Positions 1 through 12,190 of a stretch of DNA of 64,000 nucleotides are shown here, one piece after another. The translations under genes and the position numbers were made by a program. The DNA is taken from positions 35,714,001-35,778,000 of the forward strand of contig NW_024704742.1 of the NCBI RefSeq assembly GCF_018977255.1. The letters are read 5' to 3'. The stretch comes from Callorhinchus milii (lineage: Eukaryota). Position 1 is the stretch's first letter. Each line of letters opens with the position of its first letter. Under the pieces are notes generated by a model, which was given only the letters and a program-made list of their open reading frames with translations, ran no database searches and was not told where the DNA came from.

Positions 1-1210
1 TAGGTATGGAGGTGCAAGAGCATGAAGGCTTTTGAAAATGAGTGAAAGGATCTTGAAATCGATCCGTTCAGTAATTGGGAACCAGTGGAGCCGGGCAAGG
101 ACTGGTGTGATGGGGGTACAGAGTTTTGTGTGGGTGAGTATCTGGGTGGTGAAGTTTTGAATTAATTGAATATTGTGCACGGTGGAGCTGGGGAGACCAG
201 CAAGGACGGCATTGGAATAGTCCAGCTGGGAAATGACAAAGGTGTGGACGAGGGTTTTGGCTGCATTGGTTGTGAAGTACAGACGGAGGTGGGCAATGTG
301 ACGGAGGTGGAAAAAAGCGGTCCTGGTTAGGGAATGGATGTGGGGTCGAAATGAAAGCTGGGGATCGAACCTGATGCCTAGGTTGCACACGGATTTGGTG
401 AGTCTGAGGGAGAGCCTGGGGAGGTTGAGGAGTTCAGACCCGCACGGGAGAAAATGTTGATGGGAGCCAAAGAGTATGGCTGTCCTTTTGCCAATATTCA
501 GCTGCAGGAAATTTGCGCTCATCCAGGCCTTGATGTCCATCAAACAAACTGACAGGACATCAGCAAATTGGGGGTCACATCTGGAGGAGGAAAGATAGAT
601 TTGGGTGTCATCCGCATACATGTGGAAGTTGTCTCCATGTCTGTGGGAGCATTTGGTAGCGTGTAGATAAGGAAAAGAAGGGGGCCAAGGATGAAGCCTT
701 GGAGTACCCTGCAAGTTCCCGGGCAGGGGTAGGAGGAAAAAACATTCGCCGAGATGTATTGTTGGTGGTTTGTTAACTAAGACTCAAACCAAGCGTGTGC
801 GGACCCACTAAGGTGGATGAGGGAGGAGAAGTGATGAAGGAGGATCTGTGAGCAGAGGGAGCCCTGCTCACAGAAAGAGTGGACATCATTTGTTAATTTG
901 ATGAGAACTGTCTCTGTGCTGTGGGCAGGGTGAAAACCGGACTGGAGTTGATTTCCAATGAGTTTCAAAACTTTGGCCAGGAAAGGTAGGTTTGAGATGG
1001 GTCTGAAGTTTGTGAGGTTGGAGGGATCAAGCGTAGATTTTTTTAAGGAAAGGAATGATGGCAGTAGTTTTGAGGGAGAGCGAGACAGAGCCTGAGGAGA
1101 GGAACTGGTTGATTGTGTCAGCCAGCAGTGGGCAGAGGAGGGGAAGTTGAGTGACCAGAAGTTAGGTGGGGAGGGGGTCGAGGCAGCAGGTGGGCTTTAC
1201 CTGGTGTCTG
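1..1210 (-). mobile_element. L2-clade LINE RT fragment, decayed, runs off the window edge
   Basis: Minus-strand QSGFHPAHSTETVLIKLTND, a YADD-encoding segment (gtcatccgcataca) and PISNLPFL-type sequence; frameshifted. Confidence 0.9.
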
Positions 1211-2635
1211 GAGTTAACCAGCATCCGGCTAAAGTGGATTCCACTGTAAATTTATTCTAGTTCTAGTTGAGTTGTAGACCTATCCTTATTACTGGAAAAC
1301 CTTTGTTCAGAAGCAACAGTAATCACGCACCTCCCATGAGCTGGTCGGTAAGATATGTTTTACTCACTTTAATTTCGCTTTTGTCACTGTGGCTTCATCT
1401 GAATGAGCACATGCGTTTGGTTGCCATCTGTATCCATGATATAATAATAATAATTCAGTGGTTGAGAATTTGGAATTTACTATACTGTTACAACAACAAC
1501 TTGGATTTATATAGCGCCCTCCACGCCGGACAGCGTCTCAGAGCGCTTAAGGATGCAATGATATCTTCTAACCAGTGGCTTTAAAGAATGCAACCATTGA
1601 AGTAAATTTTATATTCTGTGTAATAATCTGCGATGGAGCAACACGAATTTCAAGCCTGAACAAAAAGGTGTTATTTCATATGCTGTTATGCCACATTAAT
1701 CATGTTACTATGATAACATTTGCAGTTGAGTTTTCAAACTCATTTTTTGGAGCTTTTGTAATAGGGAGGAATATCTTTCCTATGGGATTTTATATTACTA
1801 AATATATATATTTTATAGGTAACAAAATGTACAAGTTCATGACCATTTAATAAGAAACAGTAAAGTCAGCACAGTGTCTTTTATTGGACCAGCAGAAATA
1901 ATCTTATGCGCACCATTAGCTGAAATCTTTTTGATGGCTATTTTTACAACTTAAATATCTACAGCAGCACTTGCTAGGCTTCCATTTATGTTATTTTCAC
2001 ATTCCTGATCTCTCCAGAACAGCTGAGTGTAAAACCCCAATATTGTCACAGAAAATGGCAATATTTGTGCCATTGCTTAAAAATAGATAAAATTTCGCCA
2101 ACCAATGCTACTAACCAGTTGCACATTTCTTGATGTGGTCAAACATCTGTTTTGAAGCAAAACACAACTCTAAACAAACCTTGACATAACTGAGATTAAT
2201 ATAAGAACTGCTGAGCACTTCCATTTAAGATTCCTTTCATATGATGGTTAACCACATGGAGTATATAAATGGAAGTCCATTTTCCGCATTGGTTACTGTG
2301 AGGTTTTAGTGTGTTTTGTTGATCATGTCCAAGCTGCAGTATGAAGGCCCTATACTCACTCTGGGGCCTTGCCAATGTGGGTAACAGCAAATATTGTAAT
2401 GTAAGCAAATTAACTTAATGATTTAAAACAATTTCTAAGCTTGAAAGGAAGGCAAACAAACAATCCTGACTGATATCTTGTGCCAAAAGAGTAATTGGCA
2501 GTAATTTCAACAAATTGTGGAGAGGCATTCACAAGCACATGAAAACTGCACAGAAAAAAGGTTGTAAATGCTGAGTCAGCCATTCTGCACACAGTACTGC
2601 TTGAGAATAACAAGCCATTTATTTATTGCTCATTT

Positions 2636-2860
2636 GGGGTCTGACACTTGTGGAAACCCATTGCCATGTTTAAAGTGTATCCAAATGAGACTGAGAATTT
2701 CACTCATGTATGCCATTTACGCCTGGTGATTTCCCTTTGTCTGGAATACAAAGCTTACTCTCTCTGAAAGGATGCAACCCGTTTACCTCATTTTGGAATG
2801 TATTGGGCACAGATTGGTGAGAACCAAGGCCTTGTGACCCTATAGTGTGCATTGCTTTAA
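2636..2860 (+). repeat. Copy A of the 5' region of the atypical LINE family
   Basis: Begins gtctgacacttgtggaaaccc; colinear with the reverse complements of 10440-10665 and 6590-6800. Confidence 0.75.
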
Positions 2861-3811
2861 AGGATAGATACTCATATATTGATATCACAGAATATGTTCA
2901 TTTGTCAATCAATATTCCCGATTAATGTGCTGGTGTTTTAATAACCTTTTATAGAATTCAAACTTTTTTTCTTGTCATCATGATCTCTTAGTGATGTAAC
3001 ATTTAATTATTGGATTTTTGCATTAATGTTACATGATTGTAACATTAATTTCCTATATTTTAACATAAGGTGAGGGGAATTCTCCCCTTGCTGATACATT
3101 TAGTTGCCTTCAACTGCTTGTCTATAAATACATATAAGTGCACACTACCAGAGGTTGGTTACTGACAAATATTACTGAGAAAAATGAATCTTGTCTCCAC
3201 TTTAGCTTCTCCTGGTTGGTGATAAGATGTAAACAATTTCTATTGATTCATTGGAGAAGAAAAACAAGGCTTTTTGTTGAATGCAAATTATAATTGAAGT
3301 TGTTCCTTCCTGCTCAGTTTACGTCAGATACCATATGCCAATGCTGCAATTGGTAATTTCAACATACAATGGAAAAGGAGTCAAGATTGCATGAAAACTG
3401 GAAGAAAAAGAAAGGTTAAGTCAACTTTGCCTTGCTATCCTCGGATCAAAGAGTGACATTAACTAAGGGTGTCTATGCCGAAAGCTTAGACTGCCTCACA
3501 GGATGGCATAGATATGGTAGCCTAACATTGTTGTCTAAGGAGAATTTTATGTGAATTAATTTGTACTAAAAAAGCATGAAGTTGCATTTAGGAATGCGTC
3601 TTGTATATTTTGAATGTCTAAATTTTAATCCAAACTATAGGTTGACATTATTTATAGATTTTTTTTAACACCAGTTTGAAATTTTTGATTTTGTGTTGTT
3701 GGGAGTTTAAACAGATAAAACTGTATAGATTGCCAGTGCGGATTCCAAATCAAGGTGATGTGTTTGGACTTTGTGACGGATACCGAGCTGACCAAAAATT
3801 AACTGCTTAGA

Positions 3812-4131
3812 TTCATAGAATCTTACAGCATAGAAGGAGGCCATTTAGCCCATCGTGCCTGTGCAGGCTCTTGGAAAGAGCTATCCAACTAGTCCCACTT
3901 CCTCCACTCTCACCCCATAGCACTGCAAGTTTTTCCTTTTCAAGCTCCAATTCCCTATTGAAAGCTACTGTTGAATCTGCTTCCACCATCCTTTCAGGCA
4001 GTACATTTCAGATCGTAACAACTCGATGAGTTTTTTTTAAAAAAAACTCTCATAGTCTTCTCTCTGGTTCTTTTGCCAATTATCTTAAATCTGTGTCCTC
4101 TGGTTACCAGAGGAAACCGTTTCTCTATCTA
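3812..4131 (-). mobile_element. CR1-clade LINE 3' end (chondrichthyan HER1-type tail)
   Basis: (t)catagaatc tail and gaaggaggccatttagcccatcgtgcc stem motif shared with copies at 38116, 52194 and 63085. Confidence 0.8.
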
Positions 4132-5575
4132 ACCTGAGCAGCTTTTAGGAACTCAGCATTAGTGCTGTCCACAACTACTGCCTTGCCATTAGCAAGGCGT
4201 CGCAGTGTAGAGTCCTCCTCCCAATGGATTGTGTTGTTAAGGCCTTCAGTCTGTTCCTTGCCTCCCGCCAGCTCTTCCAACCTCCATGGAGATGGATTTC
4301 TGCTACAACCTGTTGGGTCAGATGACAATTCCGCATAATATTCCCTCTAGAACCCAAGGATATCCTCAAGTTTTTTTTTATTGAACGCCAAATGTTTCCA
4401 AGCGTCCCTCTGGCCATGACTGACGACAGACTTTAGCCGCGGAAAAAAGATTTGGGATTGTTCTTGTGCAATTGCGCCCCCTTTTGGAGTGAAGCAACCC
4501 ATTCATCGCACTTTGGTTCTCTAATAACTTTTATGGCTTTGTGCCGTGCTTGGTCATTAGTTGTCTTTCCTGCAGTTTTAGCCTGCTCCGAGGAAGATTC
4601 CAAACTACTTTAAAGACCCACTGCTTTTGCCTAATAGCTCTCCTTCCCTTTGTGGTTACCCTGACAGGGTCCTGCTTCAGGGTTAAGTGCTTTGCAGGCT
4701 GTAGCTTCACTTTCCTTATAACCTCAGCTACAGAAGCAAGAAAGTTCTTGGCTGCGTCGTCAATCAGTCCTCGTATAGAATTGGTCCTAGGCTTCATGGT
4801 CAGCATTACCCCTTGAGTGACGGAGTACCTTGGCACAATCACCTTGTAGCACAAAACATGCCAACGGCTCCAAATTGACAGCCGCTCCATGTCACAGAGT
4901 CAGCACTCGGCCCTAAAAGTTCAAGGGATGCCCTCTTGACACAAACAGGTGACTGGCCAGTGGTCAGAGGTTTCTCAGTGACATCAAACAGCACGATTGG
5001 ACAGCATAGGATGTGCCAAACCACTCACCACCATGTGATCAATTGCTGTTCCATTCTGCACTCTGTGCCAACACCATGTAATTGGCGAACCTCGGAATGG
5101 TAGCAGAGAGCACCACTATTGAAGGATCTTGCTCCACCCTTGAAGTTCCGGTTTTGACATGTTCCAGTCTCCTATAAGGAGCAATGAATAGTCAGTAAAA
5201 TGTTGTGTGAGACCATCTAGCAAGGTTACACGCCTAAGGATACCCGGCGCTCTGCTCCGTGCAACTGCTGAGGAATGTAGACTGATCCTCAAACCAGGGA
5301 GTAGATCCTCTAAAGAGCATTTTCTCCCAGATGGGGTCAACTGAGCACACTCCGACTACCACTGGCAACGGGTCCTGGCGAGCCACGCCACGTGCACCAT
5401 TCTTCTTTGAGTCTATAGGCCCTTCAGCACACATTCTGGATTCACCAAGCTCTTGCCAACATGTACTTAATACTTTTTGTAAGCAGGGTGCATCCCTTCA
5501 GGAGAGCATGCACAATACATTCCAGGCATAGAAAATATGTATGTGGAACTCTTGGTCTCGTTTAGATACTCTTAA
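4131..5575 (-). mobile_element. Decayed non-LTR retrotransposon: 5' region, APE endonuclease and start of RT (not L2/CR1; RTE/RTEX-like)
   Basis: Minus-strand motifs in order across frameshifts: GARGVA, VYIP, LLIGDWN, TAIDHMVV, SDHWPV, then EYYAELSSDPTGCSRNPSPW and LNNTIHWEE..LRRLANGKAVVVDSTNAEFLK (KAPGxD equivalent). Confidence 0.85.
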
Positions 5576-5769
5576 TATTAATAATAATAATCCTTGAATT
5601 TATTATAGCTCAGCATTGTAAAGGGTTTCCGTATGTAACAGTGCAAATTGTTCTTTGAAAATACATAAAATTCCAACTTGGGATGAGTAATGCAACATTA
5701 AACTAATGATATTGGGAGCTACCTAAAATAATTAGATGACCAACTAGTGATTATGCTCCTTGCAGGAGA

Positions 5770-6800
5770 GTTTGTGGCATCGAAGCTGAGATGGCTGCAA
5801 GGTGACACGCCAAAGGAATGTCGATCCTCTGTGGCAATCTTGGTAGTCCGTTTTCTAAGCCAGTGAATATGCCACTGCTGATGACAGACCAGCTAGACGG
5901 GTTTGTAGGCAGGACTTGGAGGGGCAGGGATTCTTTACACTCTTGCTACTGTTAACGTGCAAACCAACAAAAACAACTTGCACTTACATGGTACCCTCCA
6001 TGAAGGGTAGTGTCTCAGAGTGCTTAACAGTGGTGGAGCCTGACTCGTAGCTGGAGGGCCCCGGGGGGGAGGTGACAATAAGCATGGTCGAAAAGGAAGG
6101 TTTTCAGGAGGGTCTTGAAAAAGGGAGGAGAGGGGGCATGGTGGTGGGATTGAGGGAGAGTGTTACAGAGCTTTGGGGCAGAGTGGCTGAAAGCGCGACC
6201 TCCAATGATGGAGCGGGAGATGCTAGGGACAAGCAGGAGGCCGCTGCCAGTCAAGCGGAGGTGCCAGGTGGTGGATAGGGAGTGAGGAGGTCGGAGAGGT
6301 TGTAGGGAGGTCCCAGGGAGTGAATGGATTTGAACGTGAGTGTGAGGATCTTGGAAGTCGATCCATTTGGTGATGGGGAGCCAGTGGTGCCTGGCCAGAA
6401 CTGGTGAGATGGGGGTACAGAGTTTGGTCCCGGTAAGTATGCAGGCAGCAGAGTTCTGAATGAGCTGGATTTTTTTTAAGCCAAAGTCGTAATGGTAGGG
6501 TAGTCTTAGCTAGACTATAGGAATCTTGCCAAATAGTATTCATTATGCCAAGCTGTGCCTTAGCTGGTTAAACATCAATAGTACCCCAAAACATATACTC
6601 TGAGGTCCCCAAGCCTTCTCACCAAATTGAGCCTAATGCTTTCCGGAATTGGGTAAGCAGGGTGCGTCCCTACTGGCAGGGAATGCACATTCCATTCTTG
6701 ACACATAGAAATTTCCATGTGTAAATGTTATGCATATGTGCATGTGTCTGGTTTGGTTACTCTTAAGTATGGTGATGAGTTTCTGCATGTGTCAGACACC
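5770..6800 (-). repeat. Copy C of the atypical LINE 5' region, split by an L2 insertion
   Basis: 5880-5945 matches 10233-10315 (ggcaggacttgga...ggggcagggattctt); 6590-6800 matches 10450-10665. Confidence 0.75.
5965..6470 (-). mobile_element. L2 3' fragment nested in copy C
   Basis: (caa)n tail and ORF2 C-terminus GGRAFSHSAPKLCNTLP...FKTLLKTFLF. Confidence 0.9.
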
Positions 6801-8154
6801 TGGCTGACCCAAGAAAAATGGAATCATAGGGGTAAAATTTAGAAATGCCCTTAACCATTGTGTTAATTAGCACCGCGGTAAAATATGCAATGGTTTGAAA
6901 GTTGCAGTTAAAAGTTGACATTAGTTTATATGCCAGCGTTAATCATGCACCTGTGTAATCAATGCAGCTTTTGGGGCCTCTGCTTCTACACAGAGGGGGA
7001 ATTCGTGGCCTCAGTACAACAGTAGAGTCCGAGAGAGAGAGCATGAATTTAAAGTCCATTTTTTCATTTAAAATTGCATACTATAAGCAGTTTCCTCCTT
7101 TCAGTTTGTTGTTAACCAGGATCTGGTTGTGTGAGAGCAGAGACCTCTGGAGTTGCACTGATGCCATGGTGACTAATTTAACACAAAGTAACATCAACTT
7201 TTAATAGTGAATTTCATACTTTCATACACACTGGCAATAATTAACACAAAGAATGTATTAAGAATGATCCCAAATCTATAGAACCCCATTGAAATTCATA
7301 AAATAGGCAGAGGCCCATATTGATGCCAGAGTCTGCAAGAGTTTGGGCTGAATGGACCGGAGTCTAATTCTGATTCTCTCTCTTGTTTCTCTTGAAAACT
7401 TATCCAGTCTCCTTTCCAAGGGAGTACTGAGATTGAAACCCACATCCCGTCAATTCATGAAGCGCTAATCCAGTGGTGTAAACCACTCAGTCATGTTGGT
7501 TCTACAAAAGAGCAGTACTGTTACGGTTACAATCAATCTTTCATGAATTATTTCCAGCGGTGTTTTATGTTAACATTTTCCATATGGCATTTAGCTTTTC
7601 ATTTACCTAAAATCTTCTAACCATTTGTTGTTCATATGGTGTGATCTGCTGCAAGAAGCTACACGTGCTAAGAATGTTTTTTGCTCTGAAGTTGAGTGGG
7701 AGGATTTTATGGTGTGTGGCAAATGGTTTTGGAGATAATTGGTGTCTAGAAGAAAGGAAACTTGAATGAGTTGAAGGGTGTGCGTACCTTATGCGTGTGA
7801 GGGTTGCAGAGGGAGATCAGTCTTTGATGGTAAAACCAAGTCTTTGAAGATATGAATCTTTCTGCCGTTTTGCGGTTGTTTTAAGCAGCACATAGCTCTG
7901 GGTATTGTGACCACAAATATGGTTAGAAAACCCAAGTATCAACCGCATGATTAAGGTGCAAACAATTATATACAATGTAATACAGCAAATAGTGTTTGTA
8001 TAAGCATGTTTTATATTATGTTTAGAGCCCAGATGGATAGATACCTAAGGATAAGGCATTGAGTTTTGCATTGTATTCATTTACTATGTGGACCAAATAA
8101 ATTCCAAGTGCCATTGGCTTGAGTGCAGGACTTGATTATGAATAAAATGTTGTA

Positions 8155-10120
8155 TTCAACAACAACAACACCATTACATTTGTATAACGCCTTTCACATC
8201 GGGGGACGTCAAGGCGCTAGGTTTCGAACCCGAGCTGGGGATCAAGGAGAGTGAAGGCCGGGGGGGGGGGGGGGGGGGGGGGATGGCGAGTGACCGAAAG
8301 CACGGTCGAAGAGGAGGTTTCTTGAGACAGGTTTTGAAGGAGGCAAGGGAGGGGGCGAGGCTGAGAGGACTGCGGGATGGAGTTCCAGAGGGTGGGGGCA
8401 GAGTGAGGTTTTGAAAGTGAAGACCAGGATGTTGAATGGTATCCTCTGTGATGGGAAGCCAGTGGAGTCGGGCGAGGATGGGGATGACAGGGTCGTGGAG
8501 CCTGGTGCGGGAGAGGACATGGGCTGCAGAGTTCTGGATGATCTTCAACCTATGGAGGGAGGAGTTGGGGAGGTGACAAGCAGGGCGTTTGGTAGTCGAG
8601 CCTGGATGTTATGAATGCGTGTATGTAGGTCTCGGCGGCCTGCAATGTAAGACAGTGGTGGAGTCGAACGATGTTGCGGAGGTGGGGAAAGGCGGAGCGG
8701 GTCATGGCACGGATGAGGGGTTGACAGTTGAGGGTCAAACAGGACCCCGAGGTTCCATATTGGCTCTGTAATGTAAAGTGCATCCATGGAGCGAGTTGCT
8801 GTCAGCGCTCAAGGTATGGAGGCGCTGATGGGATCCATCAGGAGAGCATCGGTCATGTTCACATTCAACTGGAAGATGTTAGCGCTCATCCAGGACTTGA
8901 TGTCCGACAGGCACGCCACCCTCGCCTCCGCCAAATTACCTATTTATTTCAAGATAATCTTGGAGGCCAAGGACAATCCCAGGCTCTTCTTCTCTGTGAG
9001 GACACCAGTGGTGCTGGAATCAAGGGTGGAGGTAGAGAGGTAAAGTTGGGTGTCATCCGCATATATGTGGAAGTTGACCCTATGTCTGCAGATGGTATTT
9101 ATCAAGGGGGAGCATATAATTATTGAAAAGGAGTGGGCCATGGACAGAGCTCTGAGGGACGCCACACGTGATGGTGTGGAGGCTGGAGGAGAAGCCCTTA
9201 GTGGCGACAAAGTGGGGAAGGTTGGAGAAGTAGGATTTGAACCAGGCAAGGGCAGGTCTGCAAAGATTGAGCTGAGCGGAAAGGTGGTGTAGGAGAATAG
9301 AGTGGTCGATAGTGACAAAGGCAGCAGAGAGGTCGAGGAGGACAAGGAGGCAGAGAGAGCCCTGGCCGCAGATGTTCAGAATGTTGTTAGGGCTATTTCC
9401 GTGCTGTGAGCAGCACAGAAACACAATTGGAGTGGTTCAGGGAGAGAATGGTGGGAAAGGAAAGAGCGAAGCTGGGATGCAACAACTTGTTCCAGGGCCT
9501 TGGAGAGGAATGGGAGATTGGAGCTGGGGCTGGAGAGTCGGAATGGGTCTGGGGAAAGTTTTTTGAGAATGGGGACGGATAAGGCGGTTAGTGGTGAGGA
9601 GGAGCCTGGGATTGTCCTTGGCCTCCAAGATTATCTTGAAATAAAAAGGTAATTTGGCGGAGACGAGGGCGGAGTGGTAAGTCTTAGTGTGGTCAGACCA
9701 GATCTGCCAATGGATGGTTAGGTTTGATTTGATTCAGGTACATTTGGCAGTGTACACTTGTGCCTTGAGGGATCGGTGATGGCTGGTGTACCAGGAGATT
9801 TCCGGTAATTTGAGGCAGTTTGGTAGGTGAGGGGGGCAAGGGAATCAAAGACAGAGGAGAGGGAGTTGTGGAGAAGAGGGATCGAGGAGGGTAGGTCATT
9901 GTGAGCAGAGGGGCAGGAGTTTGGATGACTCCAGGGCAACGGAGAGGAAGTGGGGGAATATTTTTTTCCAGGGCAGGAGGTGATAGAAATGGGTTGAGTA
10001 GGGGGAAGGCGTACAGAGGTGCTAAGGGAGATGAAGTAAGTGGTGGTCTGAGATGGCTTTATCAGTGATGGTGATGTCCGAGATGGTGAGGCCCCAGGTA
10101 AACAACAGGTCGAGGGTCGA
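8155..10120 (-). mobile_element. L2 LINE, ~2 kb, decayed and internally rearranged
   Basis: LVLLDLSAAF, GVPQSSVHGPLLF, YADDTQLY, IQNSAAHVL and LHWLP motifs; (caa)n tail; G23 run at 8260-8282. Confidence 0.93.
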
Positions 10121-10219
10121 GTCCCACTTATTCTAAGGAGATTCGAGTTCTTGCTTCAATTCCTTTAAAACTTTAGTATAAGTCACTGGGTTTTCTTCAG
10201 ATGACATTATAAATCCCAT

Positions 10220-10665
10220 AAAGGACAATGTTGATGACTGCACAGCCAGACAGGCTCATCGGCAGGACTTGGAAGGGCAGACCAGTCACTGGGGGCAGGG
10301 ATTCTTCCCACTCAGTTCCCGCTATCCCTGCAAGCCAAAGCCCAAACGGGCAGTGTGGTCCTTGCTGGACAAGCAGTGAGAAAGCTGGTCAGGGGTGGCT
10401 CTCAATGGCAAACTATGAGGTTTTAGCTAGTTAGAGTCCAGCAGTACCACAACGCACACTCTGGGATACCAAGCCCCCTCTTGCCAATCTGCACCTAATA
10501 CTTTCCCGAATTAGGTAAGCAGGATGTGCCCCTATATATAGGGAGAGAGTGCGCATTCCAGTAAACATCTATGGAATTTCCATGTATTGATGGGATGCAT
10601 GGAACTCTCAGTTTGGTTTGGATCCTCTTAAGGATAGTGCTGGGTTTCCACTTGTGTCAGACAAA
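10220..10665 (-). repeat. Copy D of the atypical LINE 5' region
   Basis: Ends gggtttccacttgtgtcagac, the terminus shared with copies A and C; aligns with 5425-5575. Confidence 0.78.
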
Positions 10666-11039
10666 TACAAATTGTGTTTTACAATAATGGAAAAATATAT
10701 TTATATTTGTCCTTTAAATAAATAAGGCCCTTCATTATCTCTAACAGATGGTTCTCAGGATTGTTTCTACTAATAATTATAATTATCCTTATATTTAGTA
10801 TAGTGTCTTTTACGTTGGGAGGACGGCTCAAAGAGCTTCCCAGGTTATACTGTAAAATGTAGTGACTGTATGTTTTGTGGGCGAACTCTGCAGCCATTTG
10901 CGCACAGCAGTGTCTTACAAACAGCCATTTTATTTGGGGAATTGTAGGCCAGGAGATTAAAGTCTTTGCTTCAATTCCTTTAAAACTTTAGTTTAAACCA
11001 CTGCTTTTCTTCGGATGACATACATATAAAACCCAGAAT

Positions 11040-11720
11040 CCTGTTTACCATTTTCTACTGCTCTACCTATTCCACTGCTACGTATCTGCTTACAGCTTCC
11101 TGCACTCTTTGCCAATACCTCCTAATTTAGTATAGTCTGCATATTTGAATATTACTTCCTTCAATTCTGCATCCAGATAATTGATTTTTCTGTCTCTCAT
11201 ATATACGTGTGTATATATATATATATGTAAATATATATAAATTGCACGCAGAGAGAAAGAGAGAGAGATATAACATAAATCCACAGCATTATCCATCCTC
11301 TGGGAACTTTACCAGAAGCAGACTAGCATCCTGCAGGTTCTTTACCAGAGGCACGCAAACATCTCTGGGTCCTTTCCATTCTTTCCATTAACTTATTTTC
11401 TTAATTTGGAAAAACATCCCTTAATTCCCACTCTCTGCCACCTGTCCTTCAACCGTTCCTCTATCCATATTACTAACTTTCCATGTGAAATAATATTGGC
11501 CATAAATTATTTATACATCACTTTATCAAAAGCCTTCCTAAAAACTAAATCTACTAAAAGCAACATCTACTTAATCTCCCTTACCTGCATCTGGTTGTCA
11601 CTTCAAATAATTCAATCAAATTGATCAGGTACAATCTTCCCTTTTCAAAGCCATGCTGCTATCCCTGATCAGTTCCATCTTTTCTAAATGTTCCACAGTG
11701 ACGTCCATTATTATGACCTC
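11040..11720 (-). mobile_element. Old CR1 RT fragment interrupted by (TA)n/(GA)n microsatellite
   Basis: KYADYTKLGG (CR1 KFADDTKLGG); DFRKAFDKV- and QHGF-like sequence. Confidence 0.8.
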
Positions 11721-11959
11721 AATAGCATACACATCAAGCAGCGTAGACATTATATTACACGAATTGTATGCAAAAGACTGTTCCAAAATGCTGCATATTG
11801 CACTGAATAAACCTTCAGAAATTATGTGATTGCATATTTCCTTAAAAATCTCTACATCTGTTCATTCCAAAATAGAATTAAACATTGCAACACTACAAAG
11901 CTGAGCAGCAAAGACCCTTGGTATAGAAGTAAGGCACATGGATTCAATCAGCTAGCTAG

Positions 11960-12190
11960 TTGGTGTTTCAGACTAACTCAGTTGGTAGCACTCTCCTCTC
12001 TGAGTTAGAAGATTGTGGATTCAAATCCCACGTTGGGACCTGTAGCTATATTGTCTAAAATGACACTCCAATGCAATACTGGGGGTGAACTGTGGTCGTT
12101 AATCTGAGGTCCACTGTCTTGCCAACAATCCCCCGAACAAAATCATTCACTCCATGACTGTTGGTGGGACATTGCTCTGCACATACTCTT
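11960..12190 (+). mobile_element. SacSINE1-like tRNA-derived Deu SINE
   Basis: ctcagttggtagcactctcctctctgagttagaagattgtggattcaaatccc head and tgttggtgggacattgct Deu core. Confidence 0.7.

Noticed and set aside
3022..3049. 12-bp perfect hairpin ATTAATGTTACA/TGTAACATTAAT
   Set aside because: AT-rich and short with no supporting context.
7160..7173. RFX X-box-like gatgccatggtgac (and gttgccatgcatc near 29226) in a ciliary gene
   Set aside because: Imperfect, far from any promoter, and expected by chance in 64 kb.
6829..7210. Possible Harbinger/MITE relics (also ~37440-37620, 42845-43110, 50540-51060)
   Set aside because: I could not demonstrate matching terminal inverted repeats or TSDs by eye.
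8260..8282. G23 run as a functional G-quadruplex
   Set aside because: Lies in the C-rich L2 3' UTR; likely slippage expansion or homopolymer error.
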